The position numbers and the translations under genes were made by a program. Source: Deinococcota bacterium (GTDB lineage Bacteria; Deinococcota; Deinococci; Deinococcales; Thermaceae). From it: a stretch of DNA of 64,000 nucleotides. The notes beneath the pieces were generated by a model that did not search any database, was not told the origin of the DNA, and was given only the letters and a program-made list of their open reading frames with translations. The stretch's first letter is position 1. The number at the start of each line of letters is the position of its first letter. The DNA is taken from NCBI GenBank assembly GCA_041694855.1, contig JBGFSB010000024.1, positions 1 to 64,000 on the forward strand, given 5' to 3'. Shown piece by piece: positions 20,235 through 30,103 of this stretch.

Positions 20235-22037
20235 TCAACTGCCCTTGTCTGCGTTCTTATCAGCAGCGGTTTCCTTGTTGGTCAATTGCTGCAAGAGGCT
20301 GAACATCTGCTGAATTAACTCATCGGACTTGCCGTTCGAGCCCTTGCTCAGTCCGTCGAGCAACTGACCCACCCCCAGGCCCTGGCTGTACTGCTCGGTC
20401 ATTCGGGCTAAGGTGGTGGGGTCGCCATAGATGTTCATATTGCCCTTGCTCATAAAGCTGCCGATGCTGCGGGCCATCTCGGCCTGGACATCGCGGGTAG
20501 CCTCTACCTTCATCTTCTGCAACTCGAACTCGAGGGCTGCCGCGCTATAGGTCTGGCGGTTTTCCAGGGCCTGGCGTTCCACCTCTACGCGGGCCTGTTC
20601 CACGCTCACTTTCTCGCGCTCTACGTCCACCTCGACCATTTTGTTGGCGGTCAGTCCCCTGGCGATCAGCTCCTGAGCCTCGGCCTCGGCCCTGGCTTTG
20701 GTGATGGCCGCTTCGGCCTCGAGCTGGGCGGCGGCCTTGGTGGCTTCGGCTTGCTTTACCTCAGCAAAAGCAGCCACTTCGGCCTCGGTATGCTTGCGGA
20801 TGCGCTCCTGCTCGATGGACTGCTTGGCGGTGATGAGCTTGGTCTGGGCCTCGCGCTCGGCTTGGGCCAGTTGCTGCACGGTGAGGACTTGCTGGTTGGC
20901 TTTTTCGCGTTCGGCCTGGGCCAGGAGGGCCTGCTTCTCGGCCTCAGCCCGGCGGCGCTCGGCCTCGGTGATGGCAATTTCGCGCTCCCGCTCGGCCAGC
21001 GTGACAGCCTTTTCCCGCTCCACGTCGGTGGTCTGTTTCTCCTGTTCTTTCAGGAGTAGCAGCCTGTCGCGCTCGATGGCGGCGGCCTGCACGGCCTGCT
21101 CGCGCCCGATCTCAGCCTCGCGGGTCAGGCGTTCTTGCTCAATGCGGTAGGTGTCGGATTCGCGCTGTTTAGCGGTCGAGACCTTGGCCACTTCGGCCTG
21201 CTGGGTGGCCTCGGCCTCGGCCTGGGTGCGCTCGAGCTCCAGGATTTCCTTGCGGGTCTCCACGTTCTTGAGGGTGATGGCCCGCTTGGCTTCCTGCTCG
21301 AGGCGGTTGCGCTCCACCAGGGCCGACTGGGTAATCTCGGTGATCTTGCGCTTGCCCTGGGCATCGAAGATGTTGGTGTCGGAGAGCAGCTCCTGGCTGG
21401 TCTGATCCAGGCTGGAGATGGTGACCGACTCCAGGGTCAGACCGTTGGGCTCGAGGTCGGAGCGCACGAGCTGCTGTACCGAGATGGCAAACTGGTCGCG
21501 CTGGGAGTGAATCTCCACCAGATCTTGAGTGGCGGCCACACTGCGCAGAGCCGATACCAGCTTCTCGAAGACCAGGGTCGAAACCGCCTGGGGGGTGACC
21601 GACTTCTCGCCGAGGCTGCGGCTGGCGTTTACTACCGAGTCTTCCTTAGGCTCGACCTTGATGTAAAACTCAGCTTTCACGTCCAGACGCAGGTTGTCCC
21701 TGGTGATGAGCGCGTCGGGACCTTTGCGCTCGACCTCCAGCTTCATGGTTTCCAGGCTGACCGGCACATAGCGCTGAAGGATGGGAAAGAAGAACCCGCC
21801 CCGGTCAATCATCACCCGCCGCCCGCCCAGCCCGGTCATCACGTAGGCCAGGTTGGCTGAGGGTTTGATGTAGAACTGCTGGGTCAGCCAGGCCAGGAGC
21901 CCTGCCGAAAGTACCATCAGGCCCAGAATCCCGCTCACTGCGCTGTTGATGCCCGTCCAGCCACGAATAATCTCGCCACCAAACAAGCTCAAGCCAATCA
22001 ACAACAACGAGACCAGAATCAGAATTGTACTCAGCAT
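20235..22037 (-). CDS. Flotillin-like SPFH/band-7 protein (YqiK/FloT-like) with long E/A/R-rich coiled coil
   Basis: N-terminal TM, SPFH domain, ~300-aa EA-repeat coiled coil. Confidence 0.9.
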   Translation of the reverse strand: MLSTILILVSLLLIGLSLFGGEIIRGWTGINSAVSGILGLMVLSAGLLAWLTQQFYIKPSANLAYVMTGLGGRRVMIDRGGFFFPILQRYVPVSLETMKLEVERKGPDALITRDNLRLDVKAEFYIKVEPKEDSVVNASRSLGEKSVTPQAVSTLVFEKLVSALRSVAATQDLVEIHSQRDQFAISVQQLVRSDLEPNGLTLESVTISSLDQTSQELLSDTNIFDAQGKRKITEITQSALVERNRLEQEAKRAITLKNVETRKEILELERTQAEAEATQQAEVAKVSTAKQRESDTYRIEQERLTREAEIGREQAVQAAAIERDRLLLLKEQEKQTTDVEREKAVTLAEREREIAITEAERRRAEAEKQALLAQAEREKANQQVLTVQQLAQAEREAQTKLITAKQSIEQERIRKHTEAEVAAFAEVKQAEATKAAAQLEAEAAITKARAEAEAQELIARGLTANKMVEVDVEREKVSVEQARVEVERQALENRQTYSAAALEFELQKMKVEATRDVQAEMARSIGSFMSKGNMNIYGDPTTLARMTEQYSQGLGVGQLLDGLSKGSNGKSDELIQQMFSLLQQLTNKETAADKNADKGS

Positions 22038-22147
22038 GTGTCCTCCGCGATTGCTTTTGAAGCAGACTACAAAAAGAGCCAGGGGCCAGGGGTCTCAGGG
22101 GTTTAGGAAGATTTGGGTTTGCGGGGGTGTTTTCCTGGCCGCTGTGA

Positions 22148-22828
22148 TCAAGGCCGGGCCGCGACTTCTTCCGGGAATGGGTGGACTTGCACAAAGTAAG
22201 TGCCCTGCCTGGGGTCAAAATCCACCACCAGAATCTCGGTTCCTCCATCAATGGGCGGCTCGCCTGGCAGGGTTTTGCAGACCACCCGGTGAATGTTGCC
22301 TGTTTTGTCGCGGATGTTGGCCACTCCTCCACTCCCATCAATGCGAAAAGCCGCCCGCCCGCCGCACCCTACCAGGTCTTGCTTGCGAACATTACGGCCC
22401 TCCTGCCGCAGCAGGTTTTGTACCACCGAAGCCACACCATTGCCGGCCAACCCTGCCCCCAGCAAGCCCAAAATCGCTGCTATTGGAAAAAAGACCGCCG
22501 GGGGTAGCCAGGAGTCCAGTGCGGTATTGACCAGCAGCCCCACCAGTCCCCAGGTGGACAGCAGGATGGGCAGCAGCAGGGTCAGCGAGGCCCCTTTTCC
22601 TAAACCAAACCAGCCCCCCAGTGCCCCCAGCATAGAGCCGTGCGGGTTATGAGCGGGGCTGGGGTCATTATCTGCGTCCTCTACGGTGTCCGGGGCCCCG
22701 TGTTCATCGCTTTGCGTAGCCTCGCCGGAAGGCCCAAACCCGCTAAACGCAATGGCAATGCTGAGCAAAAGCCCCACCGCCAGGGGGAGCGCAAAGATGA
22801 AGTTGTGCCATTCGAGAAGATAGCTCAC
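22148..22828 (-). CDS. NfeD-like membrane protein (YqiJ-like) partner of flotillin
   Basis: Membrane N-domain plus C-terminal short beta OB-fold-like tail; upstream and co-directional with flotillin gene. Confidence 0.65.
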   Translation of the reverse strand: MSYLLEWHNFIFALPLAVGLLLSIAIAFSGFGPSGEATQSDEHGAPDTVEDADNDPSPAHNPHGSMLGALGGWFGLGKGASLTLLLPILLSTWGLVGLLVNTALDSWLPPAVFFPIAAILGLLGAGLAGNGVASVVQNLLRQEGRNVRKQDLVGCGGRAAFRIDGSGGVANIRDKTGNIHRVVCKTLPGEPPIDGGTEILVVDFDPRQGTYFVQVHPFPEEVAARP

Positions 22829-22885
22829 CGTTTTCTAATGGTAGTCTAAACCCACCTGCTCTGCATGAGTAACGCAGTGGACTAA

Positions 22886-22917
22886 GTGCGCCCACGATAG
22901 AAATTTCGCCGATGGTT
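22886..22917. promoter_or_regulatory. Conserved 32-bp motif GTGCGCCCACGATAGAAATTTCGCCGATGGTT, copy 1
   Basis: Near-identical to 40072-40103; ~60 bp upstream of the nfeD-flotillin operon start. Confidence 0.45.
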
Positions 22918-23019
22918 ATGCGCGATGCATTTTGAAGAACTGCACGGGCGCGGCTCAGTTGCTGAGACTCTCAAGCGTACTGCAAATTCCTGAGGTGGAA
23001 AATTCTAGCCAGGCTGGGC

Positions 23020-24186
23020 TCAGTCCGCTGCCTGGACAGCCCTGGCGATCCGTTCCATGGCTTCTTGCACCAGGTTCCGGCTGGTGGCAAAGTTCAAGCG
23101 CAGCCAGCCCTCGAGCCCTGGCCCAAAGATCCTGCCATCGCTGAGGCCGACCCTGGCCTGCTCGAGTATCACCTGGTGGGCTTGACGGCCAAAAGGGGCT
23201 GCCGAGAAATCGAACCAGGCCAGGTAGGTTCCCTGGGGCGGGGTGTAGCCCACCTGTGGCAGGTGCTGCTCCACAAACGAGGTGATGAAATCGCGGTTGC
23301 TCTGGAGATAGACCCGCACCTCTTGCAGCCAGTCCTGCCCGTACTCTAGCGCAGCCCGCCAGGCCGCCATCGAGAGCACGTTGGGGTGGCCGCCAATTCC
23401 CCTGCTCACTCCGGCCATCGCGGCCAGGATCTGCTTGTTGTGGCTGATGGCGACACCACCCCCCAGCCCAGCCAGGTTGTAGGTTTTGCAGGGCCCGGTG
23501 AGGGTGACGGTGCGCTGGGCGATCTCGGGGCTAAGGGAAGCCATGGAATGGTGTGGCCCTTCAAAGATGAGGTCGGCCCAGAGTTCATCCGCCATCACCC
23601 ACAGGCGGTGGCGCAGGGCGAACTCAGCCAATCTTTCCAACTCATCGCGGCGGAAGACCCGTCCGGTGGGGTTTTGTGGGTTGCACAGCATCAGCAGACG
23701 GGTGCGGGGGGTCACCAGGCTTTCGAGCTGGTCAAAGTCTATTTCCCAGCCGGTTGGAGTGCGCAACAGGGGGTTGTGCCGGGTGACCCGGTGGTGTTCG
23801 TTCAGGGCATAGAGGAAGGGGTGATAGACCGGAACCTGGGTAATCACCTCGTCGCCAGGGCTGCTGAGGGCCAGGACACTGGCGTAGATGGCCGGTACCA
23901 CCGAGGTGGTGAGCAACAGGTTTTCTGAGGCCAGGTTGGTCAGGCCGTGTCTGCCCTGCTGCTGGATGATCAAATCCAATAGTTGTTTGTCTCCTTGCAT
24001 TGGTGGGTAGCCCACCTGCTCCTGGAGCCGTTCTACGATAGCTTTGGGGATGGCGGGACAGATGGGAAAGTCCATATCGGCCACCCACATCGGCAGTACA
24101 TCCTGGGGGAAAAAGTGCCATTTGCCGCTGTAGCCGTGGGGGTCGCGCAGAGTGTGGGGCTCGAGGTTGTCGAGTTGCATGGTCAT
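23020..24186 (-). CDS. PLP-dependent aminotransferase class I/II, MalY/PatB-type C-S lyase
   Basis: Full-length similarity to PatB/MalY cystathionine beta-lyase family. Confidence 0.85.
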   Translation of the reverse strand: MTMQLDNLEPHTLRDPHGYSGKWHFFPQDVLPMWVADMDFPICPAIPKAIVERLQEQVGYPPMQGDKQLLDLIIQQQGRHGLTNLASENLLLTTSVVPAIYASVLALSSPGDEVITQVPVYHPFLYALNEHHRVTRHNPLLRTPTGWEIDFDQLESLVTPRTRLLMLCNPQNPTGRVFRRDELERLAEFALRHRLWVMADELWADLIFEGPHHSMASLSPEIAQRTVTLTGPCKTYNLAGLGGGVAISHNKQILAAMAGVSRGIGGHPNVLSMAAWRAALEYGQDWLQEVRVYLQSNRDFITSFVEQHLPQVGYTPPQGTYLAWFDFSAAPFGRQAHQVILEQARVGLSDGRIFGPGLEGWLRLNFATSRNLVQEAMERIARAVQAAD

Positions 24187-24429
24187 AGCTTATAGCTTAG
24201 AGCGAGCAGGGGGTCAGACATGCGTGGAACAGGCGCAACCGCAGGCGGGCCAGGGGATTCCAAAGACTTCCCCAACCTCCGAAGCGCTTGTCTACATCCC
24301 CTGGTTCGCTTCATGCTCGGACGACTGGCTTGATTTTCTTTACAAAATGGCAAGGATGGCACACTCCCGTATAGCACCCTGATTCTCCCTTCGGTCGGGG
24401 CGATTCTTGCAGACCCACTCAGGGAATAT

Positions 24430-25056
24430 CTATCGAGCTAAAAACCCTCGCAGTCGCTCGCGCACCGCCAGCCACTCCTCGGCCAGGATGCTAAACAGGG
24501 CAGTGCTGCGAATGCCGCCGTCGGAAGCAGGCCGATGAGCCCGAAGAATCCCATCAAAGTTGGCGCCCAGTCTGACAATGGCATTGCGCGAGCGCAGGTT
24601 GCGCGCATCGGTTTTCAGGGTAACACGACGCACCCTAAACACCTCAAACGCATGGGTCAGCATCAGGAGCTTGGCCTCGGTGTTGAGGCCGGTGCGCTGG
24701 GCGTGGGGGGCCAGCCAGGTCCAGCCGATTTCTACGGCGTCGGGCAGGCCCGGACGGTAGTTGGGGTTGTCTACGGCCCAGGGCCAGTACTCGAACTCCA
24801 CAAAACGGGTGCTGCCCACCGGTTGATTTACCCGCTTGTCCACGGTCAAAAAAGGCAGCGCACAGCCCCTGGCCTGGTCGTCCAGGGCAGCCTGGATGTA
24901 GCGGCGCATTCCGTCCTCGGTTTTGGGGATGAAGGTAACCGGGTACTCCTCGAGTCCCGCCAATTCCAGCAAGACCGGCAGATGCTCAATCGTCAGCGGC
25001 TCCAGCCGCACTAAAGAGCCCTCGAGGAGGATGGGCTGGGTCAGGCTCAGGTTCAT
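24430..25056 (-). CDS. GNAT N-acetyltransferase (RimL/RimJ-like, Acetyltransf_3)
   Basis: GNAT fold motifs; 4-bp overlap with upstream paiB-like gene. Confidence 0.8.
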   Translation of the reverse strand: MNLSLTQPILLEGSLVRLEPLTIEHLPVLLELAGLEEYPVTFIPKTEDGMRRYIQAALDDQARGCALPFLTVDKRVNQPVGSTRFVEFEYWPWAVDNPNYRPGLPDAVEIGWTWLAPHAQRTGLNTEAKLLMLTHAFEVFRVRRVTLKTDARNLRSRNAIVRLGANFDGILRAHRPASDGGIRSTALFSILAEEWLAVRERLRGFLAR

Positions 25057-25661
25057 GCCTCATCCAGGTTTTTTTGCATCTGGGCAGCTACAGCCCGGTC
25101 ACCAGGATTCTGGCGCTGCCCCAAAGCCGCCACAACCCGCTCCTGGTCAGCCCTGCTACGGTTTTGCGAGAGCTTGAACTTACCTTCAAGCCGGGTAATC
25201 TCAATCTGGAAAGCCACAATACCTCTCATCATTCCGTGCAGGTAGTCTTCACGGAGTTCCTCCATTTTCCACTGCTGCTCATACTGTAAAACCAGGTCGT
25301 GCAGCAGGGTTTTCACAACGGCTGACTCCTCGACGATCTGCACCCTGCCATAGGCGTGGACGGTCATATAGTTCCAGGTGGGTACGCTGGGGTGTTTCTC
25401 ATACCAGGTAGGGGAGATGAAGCCGTGGTCGCCCTGGAAAATAACCAGAATTTCTTCGTTCTGGGCGAACGAAGTCCACTGTGGATTGGCGCGTGCAAGG
25501 TGGCTGGCCAGCATATTGCGTTCGGGGTAGACCGTAAAGGGTATCTGGGTGGCAAAGGGTCTGCCCTCATGCACCGAGACCAGGGTGGCAAAACCGATTT
25601 GCCGCATCAAATCAAACAGCACTCGAGGTTCGGTTACAGCAAAGTGCTGGGGGAGATACAT
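25053..25661 (-). CDS. paiB: FMN-binding negative transcriptional regulator PaiB family
   Basis: MYLPQHF N-terminus and full-length PaiB similarity. Confidence 0.85.
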   Translation of the reverse strand: MYLPQHFAVTEPRVLFDLMRQIGFATLVSVHEGRPFATQIPFTVYPERNMLASHLARANPQWTSFAQNEEILVIFQGDHGFISPTWYEKHPSVPTWNYMTVHAYGRVQIVEESAVVKTLLHDLVLQYEQQWKMEELREDYLHGMMRGIVAFQIEITRLEGKFKLSQNRSRADQERVVAALGQRQNPGDRAVAAQMQKNLDEA

Positions 25662-25772
25662 TTTCCCAGCCTAGCGTCAGACCTCCGCCTTGCCAATAGA
25701 CACCTTGTCCAGTGGCCCAACCTGCGCTTGTTTGCATCTCCTGATCGGGTTTCTCACAAACCCTTCGCCCCC

Positions 25773-25888
25773 GGAGTCAAGGGCGGTACGCCCCCCCGCA
25801 ACGCGGGTACTGGAGTCAAGGGCGGTACGCCCCCCCGCAACGCGGGTACTGGAGTCAAGGGCGGTACGCCCCCCCGCAAGCGGGTACT
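25773..25888. repeat. Tandem direct repeat, 3 copies of 39 bp GGAGTCAAGGGCGGTACGCCCCCCCGCAACGCGGGTACT (3rd copy 38 bp)
   Basis: Exact tandem copies seen in sequence, in divergent promoter region between paiB and ABC substrate-binding gene; each unit contains CCCGC-aac-GCGGG hairpin. Confidence 0.9.
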
Positions 25889-26072
25889 GGCCCGGAGTGT
25901 TTTACCCCACACCGCTTTTTTTGCTGTTTGGGGCATTTGTGCAAAACACTCTGACCAGGCCCTGATGATTGTCTGGTAACGCCAAATCTCGGGTTGCGCC
26001 ACAAAACTCCCCATCGGACATAGTATTCTAGGGTCACAACACAATTTGGTTGTTGTCTCGAGGAGGTAGTAC

Positions 26073-27266
26073 ATGAAAATGAATCGTCGGCAAGTGCTCA
26101 AAGCAGGTCTGGCTGCTTCTGCGGTGTATAGCCCCTGGATGATTGCCCGTGCCCAGGCCCGTCCGATCCGACTGGGTATCATCTTTCCTCTCACCGGGGC
26201 CTTTGCATTCGCAGGCAATGCGGGTCTGGAGGGGTTCCGCGATGCCGCCGACTGGGTGAACGATGCTGGAGGCATCGGGGGTAGACGGCTAGAACTGGTG
26301 GTTGAGGATGATGGTTACGACGTAGCCCGTGGTACGGCTGCTTTCAACCGGGTGATCGCGCGGGAGCGGGCCGACGAGATGCTCTTCATGTACGGTAGCT
26401 CCACAGGACTTTCGCTGGCCCTGGCCCCCGAAATTACCCGGCTGGGCCTGCCCTACTCGGCCACCTCCTTCTCCAATGTGTTGGCCAACCCCGAGCGCTT
26501 CCCCACCATCTTTGTGATGGGCCCCACCTACAACGACATGGCGGGTGCCTTGCTGCAACAGATTCGTCGCCAGCGGGGGCGCGGAGCCAAAATCTTCCTG
26601 GTCTACTCAAATACCGAGTTTGGCCGCGACCCCATCCCCTTCATCAAAGAGCAGTCGGCGCGGGTCGGATTCCAGATTGTGGGTGAGGTCGTAACCCCGC
26701 TGGCCATCGCCGATGCTACTCCCATCGTGACCCAGCTTCGCCAGACCACGCCCGACTTTGTGATTATGCAGGGCTATGTGCTTACGGTTGAACCCCTGCT
26801 GATGCGCGCAGCCCGCGAGCAGGGGGTGCGCTCCACCTTCATGGGCACCTATTACTCCGCCGAGATTGCCCTCATACCCCGGACTGGCCCCGCTGCCGAC
26901 GGCTTTATTGCCACCTACCACAACGCCTATTTCTGGGACACCACCGTGCCAGCCGTAGAACAGATACGCGCCCTGCGCCGGGCCAGGGGTCGGGATCTCT
27001 CCTACCGAACCACCTACTACATGGGTTCCTGGATGGTAGCCGATGTGTTGGCAGAGGCTATGCGGCGGGCCAACGCGGCGGGAAGACTTACCAGGGCAGG
27101 GGTCATTGAGGCTCTGGATGGTCTGGGCGATTACAATGCCGGTGGGCAGGTACGCAATATGCGCTGGGTAGATCGCAGACTGCCCTTTACCAGACTGTGG
27201 CGGGCCAATGTGCGCGATGCTCGTTTCGATGCCATTACCGACTGGGTAGATGGTAGGCGGGTCTAA
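26073..27266 (+). CDS. ABC transporter substrate-binding protein, LivK/branched-chain amino acid binding (PBP1) family, Tat/Sec signal
   Basis: MKMNRRQVLKAG signal, periplasmic binding protein type-1 similarity; GAGGAGG SD. Confidence 0.9.
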   Translation: MKMNRRQVLKAGLAASAVYSPWMIARAQARPIRLGIIFPLTGAFAFAGNAGLEGFRDAADWVNDAGGIGGRRLELVVEDDGYDVARGTAAFNRVIARERADEMLFMYGSSTGLSLALAPEITRLGLPYSATSFSNVLANPERFPTIFVMGPTYNDMAGALLQQIRRQRGRGAKIFLVYSNTEFGRDPIPFIKEQSARVGFQIVGEVVTPLAIADATPIVTQLRQTTPDFVIMQGYVLTVEPLLMRAAREQGVRSTFMGTYYSAEIALIPRTGPAADGFIATYHNAYFWDTTVPAVEQIRALRRARGRDLSYRTTYYMGSWMVADVLAEAMRRANAAGRLTRAGVIEALDGLGDYNAGGQVRNMRWVDRRLPFTRLWRANVRDARFDAITDWVDGRRV

Positions 27267-27417
27267 GCAGGCGGTCGAGGGCTTGATGCCAGGAGCGCAC
27301 CCAGTAACTGAACTGACCAAGAGTTACGGTTATTGCTCACCGTGGATGCCACTCTGGCGTCCACGGTAGTGTTCTGCTGAAGCTTCAGCCCCGGCTTGTT
27401 TTGAGGTAAGGAAAACC

Positions 27418-28332
27418 ATGGATCTTGCTCTGGTTATACAAACCATCCTCAACGGACTGGCCAATGGCGCCCTTTATGCAGTGATTGCAACCGGGTTTGT
27501 CCTGGTTTATCGGGCTACCAGCGTGGTCAACTTTGCCATCGCAGAGTTTTTGCTGATTGGCGCTTACCTGACTTATACCTTATCGTTGTTTTTCCCTTTG
27601 CTGGCGGCGATTATTCTGGCCTTGCCGCTAGCTTTTATTTTTGGTGTGCTGGTCGAGCGTGGGTTTGTGCGGCCTCTGCTGGGCCGCAACGTGGTCGCAG
27701 TGATCATGGCTACCATAGGCCTGGCGGCGGTTCTGGACGGCACGGTGCTGATTGTCTGGGGGCCAGAGCTCAAAGCCATGGGGGCGGCTGACGTCACCCA
27801 GATGCCCAAAGAGCTGCCCAACCTGGCCTTTAGCATGGGGGGAATCTTTCTCTCCTCGAGGGCCGTCTGGAGCCTGATCCTGGCCCTGCCACTGGCAATC
27901 CTGCTGGTAGCCATGCTCAAGTACAGCCGGTACGGGATTTTGCTGCGGGCCGTATCGGAGAGCGAGACCAAAGCGCTGGCCATGGGAATTAATGCGCCCA
28001 GAGTGGTGGCGGCTGCCTGGGGCATCTCAGCCCTGCTGGCGGGTATTGGCGGCGCTTTTCTGGCTGGAGCGGCTGGAGGAGGTGGCCCCGGACACCACCT
28101 GATCATCCTGGGCCTGATCGTCTTTCCCATTGCCATTCTGGGAGGATTCGACTCAGTGCCGGGAGCGGTGGTGGCGGGGCTGATTGTTGGCCTGATCGAG
28201 GCATTCTCGCTGCTCTACCTCGAGACGGTTTTACCAGGCATCACCCAGGCTATTCCTTTCTTGATCGTGCTGTTAGTGCTTCTCTTCCGCCCTTACGGCT
28301 TATTTGGACAGCATCACATAGAACGTGTCTAG
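27418..28332 (+). CDS. livH: Branched-chain amino acid ABC transporter permease (LivH-like)
   Basis: Typical LivH-size polytopic permease. Confidence 0.88.
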   Translation: MDLALVIQTILNGLANGALYAVIATGFVLVYRATSVVNFAIAEFLLIGAYLTYTLSLFFPLLAAIILALPLAFIFGVLVERGFVRPLLGRNVVAVIMATIGLAAVLDGTVLIVWGPELKAMGAADVTQMPKELPNLAFSMGGIFLSSRAVWSLILALPLAILLVAMLKYSRYGILLRAVSESETKALAMGINAPRVVAAAWGISALLAGIGGAFLAGAAGGGGPGHHLIILGLIVFPIAILGGFDSVPGAVVAGLIVGLIEAFSLLYLETVLPGITQAIPFLIVLLVLLFRPYGLFGQHHIERV

Positions 28333-28344
28333 CTAGGAGTCTGA

Positions 28345-29130
28345 ATGGCTGAGATCAATGTTGAAAACCTGAAAGTAGTCTACCGGGGGGTCATTCTGGC
28401 GCTACAGGGCGTGAGCATGCGGGCCGGAACCGGGGAGGCCATTGCTCTGCTGGGTCCCAACGGCGCCGGCAAAAGCACCCTGGTGCGGGCCATCTCGGGC
28501 CTGCTACCTCAATACGATGGTCGAGTTCTGGACGGCAAAATTAACATCAATGGCCAGAATACCAGCCACCTGCCAGCGCTGAAGGTGGCAGCCCTGGGGT
28601 TGACCGCGATCCTGGAGGGCCGCCCCATTTTTCGCTACCTGACGGTTTTGGAAAACCTGCGGGCTGCAGCCCAGAAGCTTTCTTCGCAACGCCAGAAAGA
28701 AATCACCGACGAAATCTTTACCCGCTTTCCCCGCATCTACGAGCGCCGTTTTGAGCAAGGTGGCTACCTCTCGGGTGGCGAACAGCAGATGCTGCTACTG
28801 GGCATGGCCCTCCTGACCGAACCCAAGATTCTGATTGTGGACGAGCCTAGCCTGGGGCTTTCGCCAAAGCTGACCGAGGAGGTGATGCGGGTTCTGGACG
28901 AGTTACGCCGGGATAAGGGACTTACCCTGGTGCTGGTTGAACAGAATGCCAGGGCCGCTTTCGCCATTGTCGAACGGGTTTATGTGCTGGAGCAGGGCCG
29001 GGTGGTCTTCGAGGGCACCGCTCAGGAAGCCCAGGCCGATGCAGATGTGATGGAGTTTTATCTGGGGGGCGCGATCGCGGGCGGTTTTTCTGAGGCCAAG
29101 CGCTATCGCAGGAGGAAGCGATGGGTCTGA
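28345..29130 (+). CDS. livF: ABC transporter ATP-binding protein (LivF-like)
   Basis: Walker A GPNGAGKST, LSGGEQQ signature. Confidence 0.85.
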   Translation: MAEINVENLKVVYRGVILALQGVSMRAGTGEAIALLGPNGAGKSTLVRAISGLLPQYDGRVLDGKININGQNTSHLPALKVAALGLTAILEGRPIFRYLTVLENLRAAAQKLSSQRQKEITDEIFTRFPRIYERRFEQGGYLSGGEQQMLLLGMALLTEPKILIVDEPSLGLSPKLTEEVMRVLDELRRDKGLTLVLVEQNARAAFAIVERVYVLEQGRVVFEGTAQEAQADADVMEFYLGGAIAGGFSEAKRYRRRKRWV

Positions 29131-29265
29131 TTGTGCAATGTGAAACCAGTGGACTCTGCGCTTTGCCACCACAAGCAGCGCCTGGCAGGCCGGGGCCGGT
29201 ATGGTTTGCAGTAACCTGGTGCAGGCGTCCGGTGCCGGATCGCAGGACTGCTTCTGGGGTGAACC

Positions 29266-30021
29266 ATGGCTAGGGTCTTGCTCGAGGCCAGCGGTCTGTA
29301 CCTTTCCTTCAAGGGGGTTAAGGCGCTGGTAGATGTGAACTTCAAAGTCGCTGAGGGTGACTTGTTTGCGGTCATTGGCCCCAATGGGGCTGGAAAGACC
29401 AGCCTGCTCAACGTCTTGTCGGGGCTGTACCGTCCCCAGCAGGGCCAGGTTGTTTTCCTTGGAGAAGACCTGGCCGGCCAGACCCCCCAGCAGCGGGTTC
29501 GGAAGGGGCTGGGAAGAACCTTCCAGAACCTCGAGCTGTTCCGGGGTATGACCGTACTGGATAACGTTAAACTCGGGGCCGAACTGGCTACCGGGGGCTA
29601 TACCGACCTGACACCCCAGACCCGAATCGAATGGAAAATCCGTCGTCAGGCCGAGGAGGTGCTGGACTATCTGCACCTGGCGCCCTATCGTCACGTCCCG
29701 GCAGGAGCACTCCCCTACGGACTCCAGAAGCGGGTGGAGGTGGCCCGGGCACTGGCCGGGCGGCCCCAGCTTTTGCTGCTGGATGAGCCGATGGCGGGCC
29801 TTAGCCTGGAAGAAAAACAAGACCTGGCCCGCTTCTTGCTGGATGCCAGGCGCGAATGGAACACCACCCTGGTGCTGGTGGAACACGATCTGAAAGCTGT
29901 GCTAGAGCTGTCTACTGGGGTACTGGTGATGTCTTATGGCGAGGTCTTGTACCACGGACTGCCCTCCGGGGTGCGGGAAAACCAGCGCGTGGCCGAGGCG
30001 TACCTGGGGAGGAGTGCATGA
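29266..30021 (+). CDS. livG: ABC transporter ATP-binding protein (LivG-like)
   Basis: Walker A GPNGAGKTS, LivG-type N-terminus. Confidence 0.85.
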   Translation: MARVLLEASGLYLSFKGVKALVDVNFKVAEGDLFAVIGPNGAGKTSLLNVLSGLYRPQQGQVVFLGEDLAGQTPQQRVRKGLGRTFQNLELFRGMTVLDNVKLGAELATGGYTDLTPQTRIEWKIRRQAEEVLDYLHLAPYRHVPAGALPYGLQKRVEVARALAGRPQLLLLDEPMAGLSLEEKQDLARFLLDARREWNTTLVLVEHDLKAVLELSTGVLVMSYGEVLYHGLPSGVRENQRVAEAYLGRSA

Positions 30022-30103
30022 GAGCAGTAACGCTACCCAGATCCGGAGGCCAGGCACGGTGGAATAAGGGTATTGCGCCGGTCTCCAGTCCTGGAGGCAT
30101 CCA

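Noticed and set aside
19893-20318. 141-aa plus-strand ORF in ParA-flotillin spacer
   Set aside because: Low-complexity, overlaps flotillin 3' end on opposite strand, no SD; more likely non-coding.
25773-25888. Tandem 39-bp repeats considered as a CRISPR array
   Set aside because: Copies are directly contiguous with no spacers, only three units, no cas genes nearby; it is a simple tandem repeat.
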